From Fistulifera solaris (Eukaryota): 64,000 bases of DNA. The notes beneath the pieces are model-generated. The model did no database searches, was not told the origin of the DNA, and saw only the letters and a program-made list of their open reading frames with translations. Shown here piece by piece: positions 47,340 through 59,056 of the stretch. The stretch is taken from NCBI GenBank assembly GCA_030295235.1, contig AP026123.1, positions 1,488,001 through 1,552,000 on the forward strand, read 5' to 3'. The position numbers were made by a program, and so were the translations under genes. Every line of letters starts with the position of its first letter. The stretch's first letter is position 1.

Positions 47340-48704
47340 ATGGCACAAGAGTCTGACAGCGACAGCGAATACTCGCTCTCCGCAGCACTGGAAAACATGA
47401 ACATTGACAGTGACTTTAACGTTTGGACGTCTTTTCGCGGATCGATGGGGCATGAAGTTTTACTATCCGGTGATATTCTTGAAGACAACAATCCAGAGGA
47501 AAAGGCTGACATCGCAACTTCTCCTTCCGCCGACGAAGTAAACCCCAATCAGAAATTAGAACAGCAAGATAAGATCTGGTCAGCGAGATGGAGGCGCGAC
47601 GAAATTTACAGTCCGTTTTACATACCGTCCGACACCGAGAAAGACGAATTACGAGATGTGGAAAAATCATTTCAAAGTCCGAAACGCTTCAATCTCCTTG
47701 ACACATTAGTATCCATGACCACGGCACAACCAGAAGACGCCCAAGTGTTGTCCCGCCTTTTACACCCATCAGAACCTCCATACAGCATCCTTCTAAAACG
47801 AGGACCCTGCATGTGGAAGCGGCAAAAACAAGAAAAGGCAGCTGAAGCAGAAGTGATCTTACTCACACAGGGTTTAGTGGTGGCTCTAGTGGCAACGGAG
47901 AAGAAATCTGTCTCGAAACAACTCGCCAAGGCAACCGAATGGTCCAAGGTAAAATTCATTCAACCATCCCCTCACGACGCCGAAAAAGCATGGCAAGTTT
48001 TACTGGAAGACGATATATGGACATTCACATGTTCCTCTGCAAAGCAACAACAGTACTGGCTGCGAGCCTTCGAACGGGTGCTGGTAGAGTATCGCATGCG
48101 AGCTCACGCTCCAGTCGAGTTGGGATGGCAATACAAATGCGTCCATAAGCCTGCCTTTACTATGGCCGTAACGGATGAAATGGACATTGTTCGACCGAAC
48201 GAGAAATTACTGACAAAGCTCGATAGCTACAACGGCTACACACCCTTGCATTATGCTGTAAGGTGCAACAGACCCAATGCTGTTCGGACGCTACTCAAAA
48301 TTGGATCCGATCCTAACTATCCCGATTCAGATGGTGCTTCCAGTGTCGACCACGCAATCAGGGATCCCGCTTCCTCAACCATAATTGAATTGTTGCAACA
48401 AAGCGGAGGGGTTTTTAATGACGTCAACCAGGGTGCGCTCTTCGGTCAAGTGGCAGCAGTTACCGAGAAACGCGAAAAAGAAATCGCAGCTCAAAAGGAA
48501 CGAGACCTCGAAGAAAAGGAGAAAGCAGAGAAAGCGAAAGAGAAAATGGCCGAAAATTTGCGGCTATTACAAGAGCGCGGGGAGAAAATAAACGAAATAG
48601 GCGACAAAGCTTCTCACCTGAATGAAGAAGCCGGCAACTTTCGTTCCATGGCACAACAGCTTAAGGAAAAAACGAAACAACAGAGCAAATGGCTACCATT
48701 CTAG
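47340..48704 (+). CDS. PH-like + ankyrin + C-terminal R-SNARE-motif protein without TM anchor
   Basis: PH-like (VILLTQGLVVA...WTFTCSSAKQQQYWLRAFERV), ankyrin (NGYTPLHYAV..VRTLLKIGSDPN) and R-SNARE (MAENLRLLQERGEKINEIGDKASHLNEEAGNF) segments; ends SKWLPF. Confidence 0.75.
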   Translation: MAQESDSDSEYSLSAALENMNIDSDFNVWTSFRGSMGHEVLLSGDILEDNNPEEKADIATSPSADEVNPNQKLEQQDKIWSARWRRDEIYSPFYIPSDTEKDELRDVEKSFQSPKRFNLLDTLVSMTTAQPEDAQVLSRLLHPSEPPYSILLKRGPCMWKRQKQEKAAEAEVILLTQGLVVALVATEKKSVSKQLAKATEWSKVKFIQPSPHDAEKAWQVLLEDDIWTFTCSSAKQQQYWLRAFERVLVEYRMRAHAPVELGWQYKCVHKPAFTMAVTDEMDIVRPNEKLLTKLDSYNGYTPLHYAVRCNRPNAVRTLLKIGSDPNYPDSDGASSVDHAIRDPASSTIIELLQQSGGVFNDVNQGALFGQVAAVTEKREKEIAAQKERDLEEKEKAEKAKEKMAENLRLLQERGEKINEIGDKASHLNEEAGNFRSMAQQLKEKTKQQSKWLPF

Positions 48705-48758
48705 AGTAAGAATAGACGTCACTAGTGTGGAACACTATAAACTTGCCGTTTCTATTTT

Positions 48759-49520
48759 CTAGGCTTTCTCTTTGAGGGTGCAAAGAATGTTGACCATCTT
48801 CACGACAGAGTAAGGCTTTCCCTCAATCATCACGTCATTTCCAGCGTAATCCTTGAATTTGACGTAATCGCCTACTTTCACTGGACTGGGGGTAAATTGA
48901 CCTTTACTGGCCATCCTTCCTTCTCCTACTTTCACGACACGTCCCTCGCACGGCACATCATCTTTCGTTACCTGGGAAGCAATTACGACACCTGATTTGG
49001 TTTGCATAGGATCACCGCCGAACCTTTCGTCAAGCTCAACCAATACATAATCTCGTACAGGAGTTACTGTGTCGAGTTTCATCGTCACACCCGAATACGC
49101 GAGCAAAACATCATCATCGCGAATCATTTGGCATTCTTCGCCCTTATACTGAACTGCTTTTCCGTCAAATTTTCCATACAATACCGACATTCCTGCTTCG
49201 ATGGGATTGGTGATACGCACACCTGTGAAAGGGTGGAGCTTTCCCGGCCCAGCCTCGAGCACCAACCCTTCCGTGGGTTTCTCTTTCGATTGATCGGGAA
49301 GGAGAATACCCCCACTTGTGGCGGTCAAAGTGTCCTTTACTTTAACAAGGATAAAATTTCCCAGAGGAGTGATCGGTCCGCGAATATCTTTCCCATCCAA
49401 TGTGAATGTCGACAAGGGCGATGATTGCAGATTTGTTTGAAATGATGAAGCAGGCGAAACCGAGATCCAAGCGTCAGCTACACCTAGCAGAAGTGTCGAG
49501 AAGAAAACCGATAGTTTCAT
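48759..49520 (-). CDS. CPN20: plastid co-chaperonin 20 (tandem GroES domains)
   Basis: Signal peptide ending ADA-W, then two GroES repeats (PLGNFILVK..TSGGILLP..; PVRDYVLVE..TKSGVVI..VKVGEG..VKVGD). Confidence 0.92.
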   Translation of the reverse strand: MKLSVFFSTLLLGVADAWISVSPASSFQTNLQSSPLSTFTLDGKDIRGPITPLGNFILVKVKDTLTATSGGILLPDQSKEKPTEGLVLEAGPGKLHPFTGVRITNPIEAGMSVLYGKFDGKAVQYKGEECQMIRDDDVLLAYSGVTMKLDTVTPVRDYVLVELDERFGGDPMQTKSGVVIASQVTKDDVPCEGRVVKVGEGRMASKGQFTPSPVKVGDYVKFKDYAGNDVMIEGKPYSVVKMVNILCTLKEKA

Positions 49521-50132
49521 AGCGGATTTATCAGCTGTGATTAAATTATTTAGCCTTTATGGATACAGTGCTGGTCAAAGCCGATGATGTCGATTGATCA
49601 AGAAGGTTGATCGATTGAAATGCAATTTATGGCGCACGTCGTCTTTTTCTGTTTTATTTGCGTTTGATGTTTTTTGCGTTTGATCTTGCGTCACCCGCAT
49701 CCGCATGCGGACGACTTTTATCGCACTGTCGCACCGACACGTGGAAGTCCTACTGGAAATTGGAAATAATAATCGAGTACCAGTACAATCCGTCGAAACT
49801 ACACTGTAACTTAATCTACGACGTCGTAGCGTGAATAAAGACCAGAAAATGGCTGGTTTGAAAGGTGCGCAGGGACTGGCTGTACAACTCCGTAGACTTT
49901 CTACAGTTAGGCGCAACTTTGACCAACCACCAACGGACTGACTATCAGCATGCTGAAAAAAGCAACAGGAACGTAAATAACAAACAACAGCAAAGAAAAG
50001 GCTTTGTTGATTAGAAGAGCACTCGTTGTTGCCTAACATTCATTGACAACATCAAAAGCAAAGCAGAATTTGTCGTTTACGCTTAGGAAGCAGCTGTTGT
50101 GAATCAAGGTCACTAAAAAGTAGTTCGCAAAA

Positions 50133-53100
50133 ATGAGTTCCCTTCGTCTGGCGTTGAAAAAGTCCATGGAAGAAGCCAAAGGCGGCGGGAAAGGAATACC
50201 TTCCAAAAATCACGCTACAGATCTCGGAGATGACAACGGTGAAGGTCGCGATGGGGGCGAGACACCACGCAAACGAGGCCGACCGCGGAAAAATCCCCCT
50301 CCCAGAGATGGAGGGAACGAGGAAAACTTTAGCAGCGAAAATGAGTTCTCTGTGGGTCATGCAGACGACGACGGGTCAGAGACATCCGACCGCAGGCGAA
50401 GTTCAAATCATGAAGCAGCGAATCGGATACAAAAGCAGTGGAAGAAACAGCAGAAAATAAAGTCGAACGAAGAAGGCAAGCAATTTGTGTCCGACAAAAA
50501 ATTGAGCGCACCAGAATACAATGAACACATGGCTTCGGATCAACCCAGAAAGAGTTCTTCTTCTCCCATACCCCCTACGAACGCTCATTCTCGTCCTAAT
50601 TCACCAGCGGTAACCGAAAAGACATCGGTCTCATCTGCAGCAGCACAGGGAAAGAGTGCTATGCCGAAAACTGGAAAACCGAGAACAGTCCCGCCTCCGT
50701 CGCAGCATCTCGCTTCGTGGCAGACGAACCATATTGCCCCAAAACGAGCGAGAAAAAGTGTTGTTCCCGGTTTGAGAGTCAAAGTACGCTTCGCACTGCG
50801 AAAAGAGGGCGGCAAGAAAAAGAAAAAAGTGGTTTGGAGGCTCGATTGCGGCTGTCAGCAAGGAAGGCACCAAGGTGAAAATTATGTACGATGATGGAAC
50901 TCATGAAATCACGAAATTTCCTGACAAGGATATCGTCATCGATGACACGGAAAATGGAGAACACAAGGCGCCGTTAGCTGTCATTGAACTGTTCTTGCCA
51001 CCTGAACAGGAGGAAGCGGAAACTGGAGAGAAGGAGGAACGTGCAGAGATAGCGACAGCGGAGAGTGCTACGCGACCGAATGCAGACAATAACGAGTTTG
51101 GTGACAAGTCGAAGTTGACTGACACACACAATTTTATTCAGTCTGATGGTTTCGTAAAACAAGATGAGACTGCATCTCAGCCGACCAATAACGACGCTAA
51201 AGAGTTTGCTGAAATCCCAATAAAGTACAGCGACCAGCACCCAGACGGTATAGCTGCGAAGAAATTCGACCTGGAGACAGACGCACCTGACAATTTAGCA
51301 AGTGAACCTGTTTTGCATTCCGTTCAGCAGTCTGCCAGTTCTCAACACGCGCCCAATGATTCGTCTCTTGTGAAAGATGTGTACATGGATAAGCCAGAGC
51401 AGTCGACCAGTACTGATTCCCCAGCGGAACAACCACTTTTTAAAAGGAAAAGAGGCCGCCCGCCAAAAGTTCGCCCGTCTTCCGACACCGATACGGTTCG
51501 TTCAAACCAGCATTCTGAAACAGCTTCATCTGATTTTACAAAACCTGCGCCGTCTGATATGGGCCAGCAAGCGAGGGGACCGCTTAGCATTAAAATTCCC
51601 CTTGGTAAGCTTGAGCATCACCTTCCAGGAAAATCTCCGAAAGCCGGTGATTCATCTGAGTTTCTTGAAATGTACGATCGTAAAGTTCAAAGTCTAAAAG
51701 GCATCAAACGAAAGCAAAGCAGTTCTTCTTTTGTTGGTTCCAGCAACGCTTCTTTGGATAAAGTTGATGATGAAATTTCGGAAAGCCATAACTTTCAATC
51801 TTCGCCACTTCATAAAAAGAAGATCCGGAAGTTGCTCGAGGGATCACAGTCAGATATTGCTGCTCGTACTGCTGACGATTCCCTTGTACTCTCCGAGCCG
51901 GCACCTCTCGACGAATCGTTAGTTCCTATAGCATCAAATAGCGCACCACAAACTGATCATAGCGTTGAAGAAAACAACCTGGACGCGGGCGATTCGAGGA
52001 ATACACCCGTGCCGCCAACGTCGCGCGAAGAGTCTGAAACAACACCTACACGCCCTCGTGGCAAGCCTGTGTCTACCGAAGGGGCCCCGCTCGTAAGATC
52101 CGGCAGACGAGCAGCCCATCAAGCGAACGAAAGGATTGTTGCCAAAGTGGAGTCATCGGAACACTTGTTGAAGCTAAAGAAGAAGAAAGCTCAAGGCGAT
52201 GAAGCGGACGACCTTTCTGTCAAGCAACCTGAATGGGTACAATGCGACAGATGCAGCAAATGGCGAGTAATTCCAAGCAACTTTATAAATTCGCTCCCCA
52301 CGCAGTGGTATTGTGAAAGACAATATACACGACCCAAAACGAGCGAGCTGTGACGCACCAGAGCAAACACTCAAGGAAGTGAACAAAGAGAGGAGGAGAG
52401 AAAAGAAAAAGAAGCAAAGGATGTTGGAAGCAGCCGCAGCGGCCGAGACAGAGAAACGCGAAAGAGTCCGAAGTCCTTACCCCGTCGAAAACACTGATGA
52501 ATCGATGCAGGCGAAGCGGTCTTCGCCTGACCTCGGTGCGTTTTTAGAGAACGAGGAGGATGAAATGAAATCTGATCGAAAAGGAGGTCCATTTGGGGGA
52601 AAAAAGGGCCGGCCTGCTTATGCATCCAGCGATACATTAGATGCAGCTGCTGATTCTGTTCCTGAAATCCGGCGTGGCCGTGGCCGTCCCCGTCGCACCG
52701 CGGCTCAGAGTGATAAAGAATCCGGAAATCTGTCGAGTAAAGGGAACAATGACGATGCTGACAATGTGGAATGGGTCCAATGTGAAAAATGTGATAAATG
52801 GCGAAAGTTGCCTCCGCATATTTCCGCAAGCGAGTTACCGGACGTGTGGTATTGCGACATGAATACGTGGAGTACGAGCCTGACTTGCGATGACCCAGAA
52901 GATAAAGCGGATGGCCTATTGGATGTTGGGTTTTTGGGCACTTCTGGTGCTAGTGGGAAATTATCGTACAGAAATCTCATCTTTGGCAATACAGGAAGAA
53001 AAGCGAATAGACCGATTTCGGAGCGAACGAGAGCTGCCGAGTCATTGTTTGGGACAATCGAAGAAGGCGAAGATGTTGCACCGGTTGTCAAGTACTCAAA

Positions 53101-53673
53101 CTGTTGTGCTTTCATTTCGCGTTCTAAAGCCGTGTCTGGTAGCGAAGAAAACACTGGCCCGTCGCTCTTTGATGTCATACAGAACTGCAGCTTTGTATCG
53201 GAACTCCGTTCAATTCAGGAAGCGAACTCTGTTACGGGCCGTTACAACGAGACAAATTCCGGTGATTCTCTCATTTTCGGGCAAACGTATGAAACCTTAC
53301 CTTTTGAAATGAAAAACCCTGTAAAGAAGCTTGTAGTTGAAGCACTTAGCTCATCGGCAGCATCAGGCGAGGAAATCACAGAAAAAGTCAATTCAAGAAA
53401 CTGCCAGCTGCTATCAGAGGCTGATGCACGCGCTCTCTCATACTGCACCATCAACGTGGTCGTCACTACTTTATGTGCTCTTGCAAAGAGGGCGTCTTAG
53501 AAGTCGTTCACCCCAGCGGTGCGATGTGGACGACATCAGATTGGAATCCACGCTATCGCATTGTTCGCCCCCCTTGCGCTCCGAAGCGTGAAAACTGCAA
53601 AAGCGATTCCCAAAGGAAAGATACTCGATTTATGAAAATTTCTAAACCTTGGAAGCACATGGCGATGCAATAA
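50133..53673 (+). CDS. chromatin protein with Tudor-like domain, AT-hooks and two zf-CW domains
   Basis: RKRGRPRK, RKRGRPPK and RGRGRPRR AT-hooks; GLRVKVRF..WFGG..KIMYDDG; WVQCDRCSKWR..LPTQWYC and WVQCEKCDKWRKLP..LPDVWYC. Frameshifts near 50825, 52318 and 53487. Confidence 0.8.
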
Positions 53674-53722
53674 AATAGATTCTTGATAAATCTATCAAAT
53701 ACTTCTCATTAGTATACACGTT

Positions 53723-55921
53723 TTAGAACCAAGTAGAGTGTCTATCAATCATCCCGCTGATTTTGGGAAGAAATTGGTGTTTGCGGGAACCGGATGAACT
53801 ACCCTTTTCCTTAGCTAGCATTGAATCGAGTCGCTCCAAGATGTCCCTGAATTTGGGTCGATTGTGCATGTCAGCGTCCCAGCACTCTGTCATTAAAGTC
53901 GTGAGCTCCTGGGGCCATTTTCGACTCAGAGCTGGTCGCTCCCCTCCATGGACTATTCGTTCGTAAAAGGACTCTCTGTTGAGCCCATCAAATGGTTTCT
54001 TACCAGAGTTGAGTTCCCAGAAAATAATACCAAAGGAATAGACATCTGCGCTGGAGTTATATGGTAGCCCATCCGCCACTTCAGGTGCCATGTATCTTAA
54101 ACTTCCAGTTTCGCCACTCATTTGGTACACATTGTCGCAGTCAACATTTGCATTCTCAATGATTCGAGCCAATCCGAAATCGAGCAATTTAACACTTCCG
54201 TCCAACGTAAATCCTATGTTGTCTTTCGGTGTTCAAATAAAAGCAAAGTGAAAGGGTCTGGAATGTGAGTTGACACGAATGAACGTCGGAGTGAAAATGA
54301 ATAGAAGCTTTCACCTACCAGGCTTTAAGTCTCGGTGCAAAACGACACATCCCGGAACAGCTGATTCGTGGCAGTACCTCATTCCCTCGGCAATAGATCG
54401 TGCGATTCGCAGAACGTCAACAAATGGAAATTGCTTTTTTCGCCAGAATCGCCGTCTTCGGTCTCTTATTCGCGTATCATATCCAAGCATTTGCGCCAGC
54501 GTGCCACCGTCCAGCCGCTCTAAAACAATAAATCGAACTCCTCTTGTAGTTGTTCCTGCACCAAGCAGCTCTACTATATTAGGATGCTGCAGTCTCGAAT
54601 GGATGTCTAACTCACCCTCCATCTCGTTGATGGCCACGACGACATCTTGACACTCTGGCTTGAGCGTTTTGACGACTACAGGCTTATCCCGAAAAACAGC
54701 GGTGTGAATCCAACTGTTACCACCATCCGTAAGATACTCGACATTCTGCAATTGACGCCACTGCAGATTCAGTTCCGCGCCGGTTACGGAAAATTTGTCC
54801 ACTCTTTGATGACGAATCGATATTCCCGCCCCTGCGTTCGGGACGTGTTCCGATTTTGACTGTATATTCGACCCGGTCACTACGCCACGATTAGTTCGTT
54901 CATCACTACTCGGGAGCGCCCCAACTACATCGCGGCTTGTCAGCCCTTCTATGTGCAACGAATTGACTGCGGCTACCCCTGCGGAAAGAGACATGTGAAC
55001 GAGAAACTCAACGGATGTGGGCCGAACAACCATCCTGAATCGCAAATAAAAAGGATTATAGCGACGTACAACAGTGAAACACAAAAGGAAGAACATTCTT
55101 CATTCGAATGCGGCCACTTACTTTCGTATGCTGAAAAAGATGACCGTAATATTCGTGTTGCTGGCATCGTGACAAACAGGAACAGCCACGGCCGTCCTTA
55201 CATTACTAATGGAAGCCTTCAAAGCTTGTGCCTCCCGCGGTGTGTGCGACGTCACCCATACCACGTCCCCGGCTTCCTTGGCGCGTTTGCACAAGGCCGG
55301 ACTGAGTCGATGGGTGCGCTCCGAACTTTGTTGCCCATAATAGACGTCCACCAAATCATTTCGTACCGAATCTTCCAGAGCGGTGGGACGAAGGTGTGAA
55401 TTGGTTAATTGATGCGTTTTGGGTCCCGTTCGTAACCATATTTCGGCAATGTCGAATCCACACACTTCGCAGCAAGCCGCTAGTACAGCCTCCACCGCGG
55501 CGGACGGTTGACAAAGTATTCGATCCTGATACAACGATTGTTTCGCCGCTAGTGCGGTCAACGCTACAGATGGTTTCGGAACAAAAGCCGGATCTTCTTC
55601 CGCATTTTGTTGCTGCTGCTCTTGCATCAGAGCGAATTGCGTCGCCAACGAACCGTCGGTAGATCCAAGGGTCCAAGGGGTATTCATTGGTTGTTGCTGC
55701 TGTGCTTGGTAGAGTGCCTGATGCTCCGGCCGGGATGCCAGTCCTTCCATGACACTATTGGTGGAGGCTGTGGAGACGGAAGAACCCGTCATCGCCTCTC
55801 GCGCTTGTATCGGTTGTGTCGGCGGTCTCATAATGTTGTGCTGCGCGGAAGTAGGCGCTTCGGCTGCTTCTCCGTTGGAAGGCTGCATCGGTGATAGTGC
55901 AGCAGTCATCGCTGGTTGCAT
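53723..55921 (-). CDS. tyrosine-kinase-like protein kinase with N-terminal GAF-like region
   Basis: VVVK, HPNIV, HRDLKP|DN, DFG, GSLRYMAPE and DVYSFG motifs. Introns 55121-55035 and 54318-54223. Confidence 0.88.
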
Positions 55922-56977
55922 TGCTCAAGATATCTAGAAACGTATATTGGTTTCAATAAAGGTGTCAAAATCGAATCTCGAGGATTCGGTGACTGTTAAC
56001 GGTGCGAAGGCGGACAGCGTTTCTCGAGCTGCGCCAACAGAGTCCTGCAAAACGAAATGCTCTGATGCACTCTGCAAGAAGCCTTATCGAGCAAGTGTAT
56101 TGTAATATCACCCCTCGAGATTCTTAAATAGCTAATTGTCAAGTCAATAATTACTCTTCAGCAACAATAAGCGTCTTTTCTGTTGAACTGCGTTGAAGCG
56201 AGTAAAATCGGAGGGTGCTGTGGAGGTGGAGGGCGCGAGGCGCGAGGGAGGAGCATTTTTCGAGGAGTGTCTTACGAGTGCCGGATGCCAGCCCAGACTA
56301 CTTTATACGTGACAGTTCGTAGTTCGTAGACGTTGACTTTCTTAGCTGTCGTAGTACGTTGTGCGTCCGCTAGGAACAAATGCACGGAACCTTGCAAATC
56401 AATTGAAGCAAAGACAGCTAAACATGTCTTGTACTTTTGCTGTTTCCTAAAACAATACCATTACCTCGAGCTCATTTGCAATTAGCGCCTCGATTTTTTA
56501 CGTCGAGAATCGTTGTGAATAGTTCCATCTCCAGTTTACTGTAAGCGAAAGTGTAGATTACTTTTATCACGACTGCATTTTAGTCACGAGCAATTATATC
56601 GTGAGCTCGACCAAATAAAGCTTGATTCGTCGTTCTGTTAGTCAAGTCTACTAAAAGTTCCGTTTAAGTTCAAGATTCGCAATTGGCTATGCGAGTCAGG
56701 TTCATCGTACGAGAGCGATGAAGTAATTGTGTTTGCCTTCTAACTACCGGAGTACTTACTACACGCCGTCACCATTCTCGACAGATGGACGTACGGAACG
56801 AAGGACACAACTGATTGAGTCACTTGTTCACCGTCACCATCGCCCGCTACAAAACGAGTGAATGCTCTCCATCCAAAAACATTCCGACGCAGCCACAACA
56901 TTCGCGACGACCATCGCATTTCCAAGGATCGCATTGCGTTTATGCTCCTATTATCGTACATTTACGGAAACTGCACA

Positions 56978-59011
56978 ATGACGACGAAGCATCTTTTTTG
57001 CAGAAAACGACCGCTGGATAGATTCTCTCAAGCCATCGTTCTGCTGCTTTGTTTCACTTCCGAAGCATTCTTGTTCGGTCAGCGGCAATCCTACAATGGG
57101 ATTCAGCTTCGCCCTTTGTCTTTTGTGAGCGTTCCTGTCGCTTTTTATTCGAAGATGGGGGACGAGGACGAAGAAGATTTCGTAGAAGCCGTTTTGCCCT
57201 CCAACGAGCTTCCACTTTCTCCGTCCGAAGTCGAAAGTCTCACCGTTTCGGCACTGAAACAACAACTTCGCCTTCGAGGACTGAAAGTTACTGGTCGAAA
57301 ATCGGATTTAGTCGAACGACTGCTTCAGGCAACGGGGTTTTCAATTGGTGAGGAGGTAAAAAACAAAGACAAGGAATTTGTGGACGTTTCAGCATTTTTG
57401 GACGAGGAAGATGTTGGTAAATACGTCAAAACAATATCCGGTGGACAGGATGTTGAAGAGGAAGACAATCCCGTATCGGCTTCTGAGCCAGAAGTATGGG
57501 GGACACAAGCACGAATTGTCGAAGAATACGAAGGTCGGCGGATTGTCGTTGACAGTCTCACAGAGAATGTGGTCGAATTTATTGGCTCCAATCAATCATA
57601 CCAACTTGCATATGTGGTCGCAACCAGGGACGCATTGAAACCATTCCTGGCGGGAGGGGCTAATAGTAATCAAACGAAACTATCATCCGAAGAAAAGCTT
57701 CAGCAAATACAGACAAACCGCGAGAAAGCGGCGAGGCGACCTGTCTCTTTGGACGACATGGCCGGCCTGGATGAGGGCGATGAAACAGGTATATTTGAAA
57801 ACGTTTTGCAACGCGATTACAGTGATTGGGGCAAATACACTCCAACAGGCGCACAGATCTCCGCTACTGAAGTAGCTGGAGTACTGCTACTGAGCGACGT
57901 TTACGGTGCCTTCACTGAAGATACGAAAACTCTTGCGGCAAAGATTGCTTTTGAATGTCAACCCATCGTGGTTATGGTGCCTGATTTATTTAATGGAAAC
58001 CCATGGACCGGGCCGATAGGCGGGGCGAACAATGATGGACAATCTTATGAGACATGGAGGGCTACACATTCCGATCTACAGGTTAGCATTAATATTCGTG
58101 CAGCAGCTGCTTGTCTGCGAGAGCGATATGGAGTTAGTTCTGTTGTACTATGGGGCACCTGCTATGGTGGCGGCCGCGCGCTCGAAGCAGCGGTTGGCTG
58201 GTTGCCGAACGGTATAATACACGACATCGACGGAAGGCTTGGTCCTCCCCGGTGGAACCCATGGCAGTCGTTGCATGGTATCCCACTAGGTACGATGCTC
58301 GAGCCTTGTTTGGTGCTAAAGAACAAAGGAAGGACGCGGAGACATCGCTTCCTTTTGCCAAAAATCACCAAATGGCAGTAATGGGTGTTTTTGCAGAAAA
58401 TGACAATCTACCTGGGGCGTCCCCTAAAGATGCCGAACTACTCCGCAGCCTTCTTTCAGTTGATGAAAGAATCAAAGATCATATGGTCAAAGTCTTTCCA
58501 GGACAAGAACACGGCTTTGCGCATATTGGGATGAGTGAATCAGAGGAACTGGATGAGAGCGACCGCTTTTTAGATGATGAGTTTGGGGGCTCGCCTAATA
58601 TGTCTTTTTGGTGATCGAGGCGACGCTGAAGTTGCATGTCTGCTTTCAACAGCATTTATGGAGACGTACAGCCGTGTTTTCTTACCTACGGTTGGTCCTC
58701 CAATAAGTCTTGACGACCAAGAATCGAATTGGGGAAGAAACATTGCATTCAATTCTGATCTTGTACAGATGGCCAGAGCTCGTGATATTCGGTCCGAACT
58801 ACAATTTCAGGCGGAAAATTTTGTGGAGGAGCCCCTTGGGGGTATTCGTGTCGACCCCACAGACGATTCTCAAGAGGCCGAGCTGGCAAAACTGTTGGCT
58901 GCAATGCAGAGTCCTGATATTAAGGACGGACCATTAAAAATTGAACCGGATGATGATCTGCCAACAATATACGCCAAGCTGGCTAGTTCTGACGATTTTG
59001 AGATCTTCTAA
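56978..59011 (+). CDS. plastid-targeted SAP-domain + dienelactone-hydrolase-family protein
   Basis: Signal ending SEA-F; SAP domain (LTVSALKQQLRLRGLKVTGRKSDLVERL); DLH motifs LLLSDVYG, VPDLF, GTCYGG, FAEND and FPGQEHGFAH. Frameshifts near 58250 and 58608. Confidence 0.8.
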
Positions 59012-59056
59012 AATTTGTTTTATAAGACAAAAGGCAAGATCGGACCAAAGATTCTT

